Assembly: GCA_040390725.1 (NCBI GenBank)
Contig: JAZJXT010000004.1
Span: 30,026 to 94,025 of the forward strand
DNA from: Patescibacteria group bacterium
GTDB lineage: Bacteria; Patescibacteriota; Minisyncoccia; Phycocordibacterales; UBA9973
DNA: 64,000 nt
Direction: 5' to 3'
The first letter of the stretch is position 1. Each line of letters starts with the position of its first letter. This document shows positions 48,991-58,197 of the stretch, piece by piece. The notes beneath the pieces are model-generated. The model saw only the letters and a list, made by a program, of their open reading frames with translations, was not told where the DNA came from and made no database searches. The position numbers were made by a program, and so were the translations under genes.

Positions 48991-50368
48991 GATTTACTTC
49001 CCCCGCTCTTTCTAATAAAGGTATGGGGTACTCTCCATTAAAAAATGACAATGATAGATGATCCTTTGGAAGACCGATTGATTCCACTAATCCATCCAAG
49101 GAAAGAAAACAAAGTGACGTAGCTCCTAAGAATTCTCGAATTTCTTCTACAGTTTTATGTGAAGCAATTAAATCTTTTTGTTTCGGCGTATCAATACCAT
49201 AAAAATCTGGGAATTTTACCGGAGGAGAAGAAACTAGAAAATGAACTTCTTTAGCGCCTGCCTTAAAGAGTGCTTCGACTAATCTCTTGCTAGTAGTCCC
49301 TCTCACAATGGAGTCATCAATCACAGCAATTTTTTTACCGGATAAAATCTCCGGTAAGGGAATTAACTTGAGAGCAACACTGTGCTGGCGAGATGCTTGA
49401 TCAGGTTCGATAAATGTCCTGTGCACATAACGATTTTTCACCAAAGCCATTTCCAAGGGAATACCTGAAGCCTCGGAATAACCAATAGCTACAGGAGTAG
49501 CTGTATCAGGCACTGGTACGATAATATCAACATCGACTTTGCATTCACGAGCAAGAATTTTACCAAAATTTTTCCTTACATCATAAATAAGTTTACCGGA
49601 AAGAACACTATCAGGCCGAGCAAAATAAACATATTCAAAGACATCATGTTTCGGCGTAGGCTCTGCGAGCTTTATACTTTGTAAACCATTTTCATTTACT
49701 AAAATCATTTCTCCGGGTTCTACTTCTCGCAAGAATTCAGCGCCGATAGTTTTTAATGCGCAAGTTTCAGAAGCTACAATATATCCATCTCCAATGGCAC
49801 CTAAAACCATAGGACGCATACCATATGCATCACGAATAGCAACCATATTATTTTTATCCATCATTGTAATAGAAAATGAACCGGTCAAGAGCGGAAAAAC
49901 TTTTGTAACGGCTTCTGATAATGTCAAACCTTGTGACAAATAAAAAGAAATAGCATCAGCTATTAATTCAGAATCAGTACGGCCTTTTTTTAAAATATTT
50001 TTGGAAGATAAAAATTCTTGCAAAGCTTTTACGCTAGGTAAATTGCCATTGTGCGCCAAAGCAAAATAATTATTTTCATCGAGCACAGGCTGAGCATGAT
50101 CAAGAGCAGTTCCGCCGGAAGTCGAATATCTGTTATGCCCTATCGCTATATGCCCCGATAGAGAATTTATAGCTTCTTCCGTGTAAACTCCAGACACGAG
50201 CCCTGCGCCCTTGTGTGTGTAAAATTTATCTCCATCACTCGTAGTGATACCGGAAGCTTCTTGTCCGCGATGCTGAAGAGCAAACAAACCAAAAAACGCA
50301 AGCCTAGAAACTGGCGCATTTTTGGCATATATACCGACTATTCCACATTTTTCTTTTAATTCTTCCAT
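48971..50368 (-). CDS. purF: Amidophosphoribosyltransferase
   Basis: E.CGIVG, LQHRGQE, GHNRYST, HNGN, DDSIVRGTT. Confidence 0.97.
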   Translation of the reverse strand: MEELKEKCGIVGIYAKNAPVSRLAFFGLFALQHRGQEASGITTSDGDKFYTHKGAGLVSGVYTEEAINSLSGHIAIGHNRYSTSGGTALDHAQPVLDENNYFALAHNGNLPSVKALQEFLSSKNILKKGRTDSELIADAISFYLSQGLTLSEAVTKVFPLLTGSFSITMMDKNNMVAIRDAYGMRPMVLGAIGDGYIVASETCALKTIGAEFLREVEPGEMILVNENGLQSIKLAEPTPKHDVFEYVYFARPDSVLSGKLIYDVRKNFGKILARECKVDVDIIVPVPDTATPVAIGYSEASGIPLEMALVKNRYVHRTFIEPDQASRQHSVALKLIPLPEILSGKKIAVIDDSIVRGTTSKRLVEALFKAGAKEVHFLVSSPPVKFPDFYGIDTPKQKDLIASHKTVEEIREFLGATSLCFLSLDGLVESIGLPKDHLSLSFFNGEYPIPLLERAGEVNHDVPKE

Positions 50369-50378
50369 AATTTATTTT

Positions 50379-51188
50379 TTATTTTCTAAAATAATCAACT
50401 GCGTTTTTAAATAAAATAATACCGTCACCCATTTCACTTTTTTGGGAGCCGAGCTCCCCCTTGGGAGCTCGGCTCCCAAATTTATTCTTTTGCCACAAGG
50501 GACTATGATACGCAAACATTGCGCGTTCCGGATGAGGCATCATTCCCAATACCCTGCCATTATACGCTAAAACTCCGGCTATTGCATAATCCGAGCCGTT
50601 TGGATTTACTTCGGTATTCTGGAATTTACAAATATCACCTTTCGTATAAGTAAAAGCAATTTGTTTATTTTTCTTCAAAATTTTATATTCTTTTGCATCA
50701 GCTATATATCTGCCTTCGCCGTGCGCTATAGGCAAGGAAATTTTCTTAATATTTTTAAGCCAAGGACTAGTACTATTTTCTGTTTTTAGATCCACCCAAT
50801 AATCAATATACAAAGCATTCTTGTTGTGTGTGAGAGCTCCCGGTATAATTCCTAAATTCGTCATTATTTGAAAACCATTACAAATACCTATCGCTAAAGT
50901 ATTACGAGATAAAAATTCCTCTAATTCTTTTGCCAAGTGATTTTTAAATTTATTCGCATAAGCTTTTCCACTGCCCGTATCATCACCATAAGAAAATCCT
51001 CCAGGGAAAGCTAAAATTTGGTATTCCAAAAGCATTTTTGGCTTCGCGATTAGGTCATTTATATGCACAATGTCAGCCTTACCACCTACTTTTTCAAAAG
51101 CATACTTTGTTTCCTCTTCGCAGTTTAAACCATACCCGGAAAGCACTATAATTCTTGGCTTTTTAATTTTTTTTTGGGCTTTTTTCAT
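50379..51188 (-). CDS. purQ: FGAM synthase glutaminase subunit
   Basis: PGGFSYGD, GICNGFQ, AHGEG, MMPHPER. Confidence 0.96.
   Translation of the reverse strand: MKKAQKKIKKPRIIVLSGYGLNCEEETKYAFEKVGGKADIVHINDLIAKPKMLLEYQILAFPGGFSYGDDTGSGKAYANKFKNHLAKELEEFLSRNTLAIGICNGFQIMTNLGIIPGALTHNKNALYIDYWVDLKTENSTSPWLKNIKKISLPIAHGEGRYIADAKEYKILKKNKQIAFTYTKGDICKFQNTEVNPNGSDYAIAGVLAYNGRVLGMMPHPERAMFAYHSPLWQKNKFGSRAPKGELGSQKSEMGDGIILFKNAVDYFRK
50441..50480. repeat. Perfect 18-bp-stem palindrome within purQ
   Basis: TTTGGGAGCCGAGCTCCC-CCTT-GGGAGCTCGGCTCCCAAA. Confidence 0.85.
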
Positions 51189-51225
51189 CTATACACCATA
51201 TATTAACATTTTTTTTACTTTTCGG

Positions 51226-51354
51226 CTAATACACCTCCTGCTGATAACATTTTTCACAATACACTATTTCCGGTCTTTCCGGAGCATAACTTGTTTCAAA
51301 TTCTACATTGCATCTTGCCCCGCCTTGGCGTGGGTTTTTTGTTTCGTAATTCAT
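51226..51354 (-). CDS. 42-aa mini-gene or internally deleted remnant of the Cys-rich family (not in ORF track)
   Basis: Translates MNYETKNPRQGGARCNVEFETSYAPERPEIVYCEKCYQQEVY*; ends resemble the termini of 58738..60429. Confidence 0.75.
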   Translation of the reverse strand: MNYETKNPRQGGARCNVEFETSYAPERPEIVYCEKCYQQEVY

Positions 51355-51391
51355 TTGGTTTTTTTATTTTATAAGTGTATCATATTAATAT

Positions 51392-52087
51392 ATGAAATTA
51401 CATAGATTTATAGGAAAATACGACCTTTCGCAAAAAGAGGTAGAAATCACCGATATTGAAACTATCAAGCAAATAAGGGCTGTTTTGAGACTAGAAGAAG
51501 GTGATAAAATCATACTTTGTGATGGTAGTGGCACAGAAGCAGAAGCTATTATCACTTCCCTTTCTCATAATAAAATCATTTGTGAAATAGAAAAAATACT
51601 CGACACAAATGAACCGGAAAGAAAAGTGAGTTTATATATTGCAATATTAAAAAAAGAAAATTTTGAACTAGCTGTACAAAAAGCTGTAGAATGCGGAGTT
51701 GCCAACATTATACCCGTCATTACTGAACGTACCATAAAAACAGGATTGAATAATGAAAGACTGGAAAAAATAATCCGTGAAGCGAGTGAGCAATCAGGGC
51801 GAAGCATCGTGCCGAAACTTTTTGAAATTATGAATTTTATAGATGCATTAGAAAATGGAAAAAGTGCGGAGGAAAAAATAATTTTTCACTTAGTTGAAAA
51901 TAAATATATGCCCGACAAAAATGCTAATCTTATTAGCATTTTTGTCGGGCCTGAAGGTGGATTCACAGAAAAAGAAATTATTTTAGCGCAAGAATCCGGC
52001 TACACTCCAGCATCCCTAGGCCGACTCACCCTACGCGGAGAAACTGCCGGCATAGTGGCTACCTACCGCGCTGTTAATAAAATATAA
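51392..52087 (+). CDS. rsmE: 16S rRNA m3U1498 methyltransferase
   Basis: VLRL..GD, QKAVECG, EASEQSGR, VGPEGGF, LRGETA. Confidence 0.95.
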   Translation: MKLHRFIGKYDLSQKEVEITDIETIKQIRAVLRLEEGDKIILCDGSGTEAEAIITSLSHNKIICEIEKILDTNEPERKVSLYIAILKKENFELAVQKAVECGVANIIPVITERTIKTGLNNERLEKIIREASEQSGRSIVPKLFEIMNFIDALENGKSAEEKIIFHLVENKYMPDKNANLISIFVGPEGGFTEKEIILAQESGYTPASLGRLTLRGETAGIVATYRAVNKI

Positions 52088-54265
52088 TTATTCTAAAAGA
52101 TTCTTAAGAACATCCTCGGGTACTTCGCGAACTTTTGGTGCTGGCGGAGGTGTCGGCGTGGGCGTTGGTCCTGATATTGGTCTTGGTGTCGGCTCAGGCA
52201 CTGATTCAGTTTTCTCGGAAATCAAATCTTTTAATTTATTCATTTCATCAATACTTGCTGAGCGGTCGCCATGTAAAATGACAGGTGGTTGAGAAATTTT
52301 TAAATCACTCAAAGACATAGGTGGAGGTGTCGGCTTTTCTACTATTGAAATAGCCTCGGGTGAAATAGAATTCGATTCAGAAATTTTATTTTCTGATAAA
52401 GTTTTATTTAAAATATCTCGAAGCGCTAAATTTTCTTTTCTAGGCTCTTTTTTAAATATAACAGGTTTTGCAAATGGAGTCTTTATAGAAAAATTTGGCA
52501 AAAGTTTAGAAATATTTTTTAAAGGTGAAGATACTGACGGCTTTATGGTTGGTCTTACCGGTGGTCTAATATTTTTATCAAAAGTTTTTTTAATTTCTAA
52601 AAATGGACTAGGCTTCTTTGGGGCTTGAGGGGCTTTAACCGGTGAAGCATTAACCGATACAGACCTCTCGGTATTTGTAGGAGCGCCTTGATTGCCACCG
52701 CCACCTTGACTCTTGTTTTCAAATTCAATACCTAAATCCGCCAATGGTCTGTAAAATTTTGTTTCATCTTGCTTGATTTGATTCATGGATCCCGAAAGAG
52801 GCTTCAATTCACCTGACTTCATTTTTGCTATACAATCCTTGCAATACACGGGCCTGCCTGGCTGCGGCATAAATGGTACAAAAGTTTCTTTTTTACAAAT
52901 AGAACAAACTGCGGGGAATTTTTCCATACTGCCAGAATCATTGTCGCCACCTACCATCATGCCACTCCAATTATTTATTTCCCTTTCTACTTCTTCTCTG
53001 GATCTGCAATACAAAGCGCGAGAAGACCTGATAACTTCTTCTTCTATTTCTTTAATGCCTGACTTCACCAAGGGTGGCAAAGTCTTTGCAGAAAATGGCC
53101 GGCTCGTAATACCGCCTATCATTAATTTTAAATAAATTCTATAGTTCGGTAAGTTCACGATATCTTGCGGAATAAATTCCGGCTCAAATTCTTTTTCCAA
53201 AAATTCCGCATCATCGGCGCCGACACGAAATACAATCATGGTACCCACGTTACCGAAAACAGAGTCGCGCACATTTGTACTTTCTTTAGTGACAAGCTGA
53301 GCAGTGTATTGGTGAGCAACTGTTAAATTAAGACGATATTTTCGAGCCTCGGAAAGAATAGATGCGAAAGAATCTGTAACGAAATTTTGGAATTCGTCCA
53401 CGTAAAGATAAAAATCTTTACGCTCTTCTTCAGGAATACGAACGCGCTCCATCGCCGCCAGCTGAATCTTTGTAATAATCATACCTCCGAGTAATGCAGA
53501 GTTATCTTCACCGATACGCCCCTTGGAAACATTCACTAGAAAAATCTTTCCTTCATTCATAACATCAAAAACATTTATTGTGCTTTTTGATTGGCCTACA
53601 ACATTTCGAATTATAGAAGTTGAAAGAAATTGTCCGACTTTATTTTGAATCGGAGCAATAGCTTCATTTCTAAATTTATCCTGCCAAGCTTCATATTCAT
53701 GAATCCAAAAAGCCTTGATGACGGGATCTTTTAAATTACTAATTATTTTTTGACGATAATCTTTATCCACTAGCATTCTGGGTATTCCCAAAAGAGTGGT
53801 ATTTGGGGTGTCGAGCAATGCTAAAATAGCGTTGTTCAAAATATATTCCATTCTCGCAGACCAAGCATTCGCCCAAATTTTTGTAAATATTCCCATGAGA
53901 CCGGAAGCCACCAAATGTTTATATTTTGGATCAAGTAATTCCAAAACATTAAAACCAATATGATAATCAACATCTGCAGGATTAAAATAAACAACGTCTT
54001 TCATGCGGTGCGGAGGAATAGCCGAAAGAATACTTTCTACGAGTTCTCCGTGAGGGTCAACCACACAAACACCATCACCATTTATGACATTTTGAATAAC
54101 CATATTGAACATCAAGACAGATTTACCGGTACCGGATTTACCGAGCAGATACATATGCTGGCGCCTGTCTTTTCGCTTGATACCGAAAAGAGTTTTTTTG
54201 TCGCGATAGGTCGTCTGACCTATATATGTCATATCCTTATTGGCTGGTAAATCTTTAAATTCCAT
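52088..54265 (-). CDS. TraG/VirD4/HerA-like ATPase with CxxC-x17-CxxC domain and Pro-rich tail
   Basis: Walker A GKSGTGKS, DPHG, YVDEFQNF, LSEARKY; CSIC-x17-CKDC. Confidence 0.85.
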   Translation of the reverse strand: MEFKDLPANKDMTYIGQTTYRDKKTLFGIKRKDRRQHMYLLGKSGTGKSVLMFNMVIQNVINGDGVCVVDPHGELVESILSAIPPHRMKDVVYFNPADVDYHIGFNVLELLDPKYKHLVASGLMGIFTKIWANAWSARMEYILNNAILALLDTPNTTLLGIPRMLVDKDYRQKIISNLKDPVIKAFWIHEYEAWQDKFRNEAIAPIQNKVGQFLSTSIIRNVVGQSKSTINVFDVMNEGKIFLVNVSKGRIGEDNSALLGGMIITKIQLAAMERVRIPEEERKDFYLYVDEFQNFVTDSFASILSEARKYRLNLTVAHQYTAQLVTKESTNVRDSVFGNVGTMIVFRVGADDAEFLEKEFEPEFIPQDIVNLPNYRIYLKLMIGGITSRPFSAKTLPPLVKSGIKEIEEEVIRSSRALYCRSREEVEREINNWSGMMVGGDNDSGSMEKFPAVCSICKKETFVPFMPQPGRPVYCKDCIAKMKSGELKPLSGSMNQIKQDETKFYRPLADLGIEFENKSQGGGGNQGAPTNTERSVSVNASPVKAPQAPKKPSPFLEIKKTFDKNIRPPVRPTIKPSVSSPLKNISKLLPNFSIKTPFAKPVIFKKEPRKENLALRDILNKTLSENKISESNSISPEAISIVEKPTPPPMSLSDLKISQPPVILHGDRSASIDEMNKLKDLISEKTESVPEPTPRPISGPTPTPTPPPAPKVREVPEDVLKNLLE

Positions 54266-54288
54266 CAAAACATTATACCAAAAAAAAT

Positions 54289-56151
54289 TTAGTTTTGTCC
54301 ACCTTCAGGTGGAGTTTCCGGGTTTGGATTCTCTTGTGCCGGCTGTTCAGCAGAAGCCTTTTGCACAGCTTCGCCAATTTTAGACATTTCACTGGAAAGC
54401 TCTTCGGTGGCTTTTTTAACCGCTTCCATGTCACTGCCATCTTTTAATCCGCGAAGCATTGTGATTTTTGCATTCACGCCGTCTTTGAGTTCAGCAGGAA
54501 TTTTCGCTTCATTATCCTTGATTGCTTTTTCAGCTGTGAAGATAACCATATCAGCAGTATTTTTCACATCGGCATTTTCTTTTTTCTTTTTATCTTCATC
54601 AGCGTGAATTTCCGCGTCTTGTTGCATTTTTTTAATGTCTTCTTCTTTGAGTCCGGAGCTGGCTTCGATTCTGATAGTTTGTGTTTTACCTGAAGCTTTA
54701 TCCATAGCTTTCACATTCAAGATTCCGTTTGCATCCACATCAAAAGTCACTTCAATCTGAGGCATACCTCGAGGCGCTGGCGGAACTCCGTCTAAAATAA
54801 ATCGTCCCAGACTTTTATTGTCAGATGCCATAGGGCGTTCACCTTGCACTATGTGTATTTCCACACTTGTTTGATTGTCAGCAGCGGTAGAAAATGTTTG
54901 CGATTTTGATGAAGGAATAGTTGTATTTCTTTCCACTAATTTTGTAGCGACACCACCCAATGTTTCAATACCTAAAGATAATGGAATAACATCAAGAAGC
55001 AAGACATCACGCACATCACCTTGCAACACTCCAGCTTGCACCGCAGCGCCGAGAGCGACAACTTCATCGGGATTAATAGAAAGATTTGGAACTTTACAAA
55101 AAACTTTTTTCACTTCTTCCACGATTTTCGGCATTCTCGTTTGTCCTCCGACCATTATTATTTCATTCATTTCTTCCATTTTAAAACCGGAAGCAGTCAT
55201 CGCGCGTTTTGTTATTTCTATCGAACGAGCGATATATTCATCAGCGATTGATTCGAGTTGCGCGCGAGTCATTTTCAAGAGCAAGTGTTGCGGACCCTCA
55301 GCAGTAGAAGTAATAAACGGAATGTTTATTTCAGTTTCGATAGCTGTGGAAAGTTCGATTTTTGCTTTTTCAGCAGCTTCATCGAGACGTTGCAATGCTA
55401 GCTTGTCATTTCTTACATCTACACCGGAAGTCTTTTTATATTCTTCCGCAATCCAAGCGATAATCTTGTGGTCGATGTCGCGACCTCCTAGGTGACTGTC
55501 CCCATCTGTAGATTTTACTTCGATAACATCATCACCAATTTCTAAAACGGAAACGTCGAAAGTTCCTCCACCGAAGTCATACACAACTACTTTTTCATTT
55601 TTCTTTTTATTAAAACCATAAGCGAGCGCTGCAGCTGTCGGCTCATTGATAATTCTTTTTACGTCGAGGCCTGCTATCGCTCCTGCGTCTTTTGTAGCTT
55701 TTCTTTGCGCATCGTTGAAATACGCCGGCACAGTGATGATGGCTTCAGTTATTTTCTCGCCGATTTTTGCTTCGACATCACTTTTTATTTTTCCTAAAAT
55801 CATCGCGGAAATTTCTTCCGGGCGCATCCATTTGTCGCCTATCATTACTTCCACTCCGCCATTTGCTGATTTCTGAATTTTAAAAGAAGCATTTTTTAAA
55901 TCTTTCTGCACTTCCGGATCTTCGAAATTGTGACCCATAAAACGCTTGATGCCATACACAGTATTTTCCGGATTCGTCACCGCTTGTCTTTTTGCAAGCA
56001 AGCCTACCAGCCTGTCGCCATTTTTTGCAACAGAAACTACCGAAGGAGTCGTCCTCGCTCCCTCCGCATTCTCAATAATCTTCGGCTGTCCGCTTTCGAT
56101 TATCGCCACCGCACTATTTGTTGTACCCAAATCTATTCCTATTATTTTCAT
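54289..56151 (-). CDS. dnaK: Chaperone DnaK
   Basis: [30 protein letters not shown]. Confidence 0.98.
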   Translation of the reverse strand: MKIIGIDLGTTNSAVAIIESGQPKIIENAEGARTTPSVVSVAKNGDRLVGLLAKRQAVTNPENTVYGIKRFMGHNFEDPEVQKDLKNASFKIQKSANGGVEVMIGDKWMRPEEISAMILGKIKSDVEAKIGEKITEAIITVPAYFNDAQRKATKDAGAIAGLDVKRIINEPTAAALAYGFNKKKNEKVVVYDFGGGTFDVSVLEIGDDVIEVKSTDGDSHLGGRDIDHKIIAWIAEEYKKTSGVDVRNDKLALQRLDEAAEKAKIELSTAIETEINIPFITSTAEGPQHLLLKMTRAQLESIADEYIARSIEITKRAMTASGFKMEEMNEIIMVGGQTRMPKIVEEVKKVFCKVPNLSINPDEVVALGAAVQAGVLQGDVRDVLLLDVIPLSLGIETLGGVATKLVERNTTIPSSKSQTFSTAADNQTSVEIHIVQGERPMASDNKSLGRFILDGVPPAPRGMPQIEVTFDVDANGILNVKAMDKASGKTQTIRIEASSGLKEEDIKKMQQDAEIHADEDKKKKENADVKNTADMVIFTAEKAIKDNEAKIPAELKDGVNAKITMLRGLKDGSDMEAVKKATEELSSEMSKIGEAVQKASAEQPAQENPNPETPPEGGQN

Positions 56152-56163
56152 ATATTTTTTTTA

Positions 56164-56598
56164 TTAATTACTAATAATTTGAAAACCTAATTCTTTAACT
56201 TTTGAATCAAATAATTCTGCCCGCTTTGCAACATCAATTTTTTTAGTATCTTCAGTATAAGAAATAATTTCTTTATTTGTATACAAATCTACAACAAAAT
56301 ATGAGTTAATTTCCAGAGTGGAAAATCCACCCAAATACAAGCAAGCCTTAAGGCCTTCATCGTATCTATACTGGGGCTTACTAGCTATAAACATAGACTC
56401 GAAACTTTTTGTATTATTTTTTTCTGATTCCGAAGCATATTTTTTAATACCTAACTCTTGACATTTAACAATATTTTGACTTAAAGAAACTTCTCTATCC
56501 TTTTTAGGTAAATAAGAAACAAAATAATAACCGACAGCTAATGCTATTATTATTAAAGAAATACAGACTAACAAACTAGCGAAATTTATTTTTTTCAT
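56164..56598 (-). CDS. Hypothetical membrane-anchored protein
   Basis: N-terminal TM helix; two Cys in soluble part. Confidence 0.65.
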   Translation of the reverse strand: MKKINFASLLVCISLIIIALAVGYYFVSYLPKKDREVSLSQNIVKCQELGIKKYASESEKNNTKSFESMFIASKPQYRYDEGLKACLYLGGFSTLEINSYFVVDLYTNKEIISYTEDTKKIDVAKRAELFDSKVKELGFQIISN

Positions 56599-56610
56599 AT
56601 ATTTATATTT

Positions 56611-56988
56611 TTATAAATCTTTTAATAACTTATCGATTACTTCTACTGATGTATTTTTTGATACTGCCATTGCGGTATTAAAAAGTATTCTTAGAGATTC
56701 CTTGTATGAAGAATCTATTACTGTATTTACTTGCAAAATTACTTCATTTGGATTAGTTGCCTGAATGGTAAAAACATAATTATTATTATTTTGTCCAAGT
56801 GATGGTGGTATAGATCTGTTAATAATCATTGCCATTTGTTGTATCTGTAATGTAATAGTGAAAGACCTGTCGTCCTCTTGTTTTATCCAACGCACAAGAT
56901 TAGAATTTGCTGATTTCCATGGAATTTTTTCTTCCTTGGATTTTTCAATAAGTTTTTTAATTTGTTCTAAAATTTTTGTATTATCCAT
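56611..56988 (-). CDS. Hypothetical protein
   Basis: 125-aa ORF co-oriented with neighbours. Confidence 0.65.
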   Translation of the reverse strand: MDNTKILEQIKKLIEKSKEEKIPWKSANSNLVRWIKQEDDRSFTITLQIQQMAMIINRSIPPSLGQNNNNYVFTIQATNPNEVILQVNTVIDSSYKESLRILFNTAMAVSKNTSVEVIDKLLKDL

Positions 56989-57001
56989 ATATTTATATAT
57001 T

Positions 57002-57454
57002 TTACTTATTAATAGATTCCTTTTTTAAGCGACCTCTTAACTCTTGTAAGCTACCAATCAATTCCCTAAAAGGAGAAGCGAGTGTAAAACATATCTGAGA
57101 ACTTGTCGTTTCTACATCATCAAGTGTGTTAAATGCAACACCCATGTCCGCTAAATCCTTTTCAAGGATATCAATAATCTCTTTATAATTTATATTTGTT
57201 TTAAGTTGTCCAATTATAGTTTTCACTCTTCCATTTATAGTGGCAATTTGATTATTAGCATCCATCCAAGCAACATCTTTTTTTAATGTACAACTATTAC
57301 AAATATCTGAAATTTCCTCTTCCGTTGATCTTAGTTGTACTTCTTGTTTAGCTTCTCGGGCTGCTAACTTAGATCTATAGGCTTGCCAAAAAGCACCGGC
57401 AGAAAGCAAAATTCCAATATATACTAATATTCTATCAAATGTGAAATAATCCAT
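57002..57454 (-). CDS. Hypothetical protein, N-terminal TM plus helical domain
   Basis: 150 aa; promoter TTGCAA-17-TATAAT-6-ATG. Confidence 0.65.
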   Translation of the reverse strand: MDYFTFDRILVYIGILLSAGAFWQAYRSKLAAREAKQEVQLRSTEEEISDICNSCTLKKDVAWMDANNQIATINGRVKTIIGQLKTNINYKEIIDILEKDLADMGVAFNTLDDVETTSSQICFTLASPFRELIGSLQELRGRLKKESINK

Positions 57455-57569
57455 GACTTAATTATATACAAACCTAAATACTTTTGCAAGTATTTCGCGA
57501 CCGCAGAATACTTGTCAAAAAGAGTATATATTATGGGGTATGGGTATGTCAACAGTTTTCCACAAGAGC

Positions 57570-57599
57570 TTGCAAACGTCTTAACGTTTATGATATACT
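57570..57599 (+). promoter_or_regulatory. Promoter for candidate sRNA, with palindromic spacer
   Basis: TTGCAA-18-(TGa)TATACT; AAACGT-CTTA-ACGTTT palindrome at 57574-57589. Confidence 0.6.
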
Positions 57600-57605
57600 A
57601 CATCT

Positions 57606-57700
57606 ACTGAAAGGCGGAAAATCGGAGTGCCGCCGGCCCACGTGGCTATGGAGGGAAGTTCCGTCCTCCCAGAGAAAAACACCCGCAAGGGTGTTTTTCT
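57606..57700 (+). ncRNA. Candidate structured small RNA (~95 nt)
   Basis: GC-rich island between promoter and terminator; CUGAAAGG-CGGAA can pair with UUCCG-U-CCUCCCAG around an internal bubble and apical hairpin. Confidence 0.55.
57673..57700. terminator. Bidirectional intrinsic terminator
   Basis: AGAAAAACACCC-GCAA-GGGTGTTTTTCT perfect 12-bp stem. Confidence 0.85.
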
Positions 57701-57704
57701 ATTT

Positions 57705-58112
57705 CTATTTGATGAGTTTACCCAACTTCTTGGCTGACCTGTAAAATCCAGTTTTTATATAATAATGATTTGCAGATTGTTTAACTATTTCTAAAACTAA
57801 AACAACTCCCTTCTCCTTATCTTCTACTATTTCAAATAACAGAAAAATGTTATCATCTTTATCTTTATTATCGACAATTTTAAAATTATTAGAATTTAAA
57901 ACATTAAATATATCAGAGAAAAATTCCAATAAATCCTCTTCGGAATAATTATCCTGCTTTCTTTTTTCTACTATATGTTTTAAAGCTCTATATTTGATTT
58001 TAATTACTATGTCAGTTTCAAAAATAACTAATTCCTCCTGATAGTCTTTTATATGACAACCATTTTCCATCGGATAATATATTTTTATCAGGTTGTGAAT
58101 AATATTTAACAT
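57705..58112 (-). CDS. Putative BECR-fold (PBECR-like) ribonuclease
   Basis: RALKHIVEKR helix, beta-meander (FLLFE, VVLVLE), terminal YIKTGFYR. Confidence 0.55.
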   Translation of the reverse strand: MLNIIHNLIKIYYPMENGCHIKDYQEELVIFETDIVIKIKYRALKHIVEKRKQDNYSEEDLLEFFSDIFNVLNSNNFKIVDNKDKDDNIFLLFEIVEDKEKGVVLVLEIVKQSANHYYIKTGFYRSAKKLGKLIK

Positions 58113-58197
58113 AAACTTAAGTATAACAAATTAAAAATTAAATATGCTATCATTTAACCTAAATTGCAAAAAACAAATTTTATTGTATACTCAAAAA

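Noticed and set aside
51189-51391. Purine or ZTP riboswitch upstream of the purQ operon
   Set aside because: No aptamer consensus recognised; the interval is explained by the Cys-rich mini-gene
57606-57672. HDV-like ribozyme, SRP RNA or known riboswitch
   Set aside because: Could not build HDV P1/P1.1/P2 pairings; no SRP GGAA-loop/AGCAG motif; no downstream gene to regulate. A minimal 6S-like RNA is not excluded
57484-57744. 86-aa + strand ORF
   Set aside because: TTG start, spans a promoter, RNA structure and terminator, and overlaps the convergent gene; better explained as non-coding
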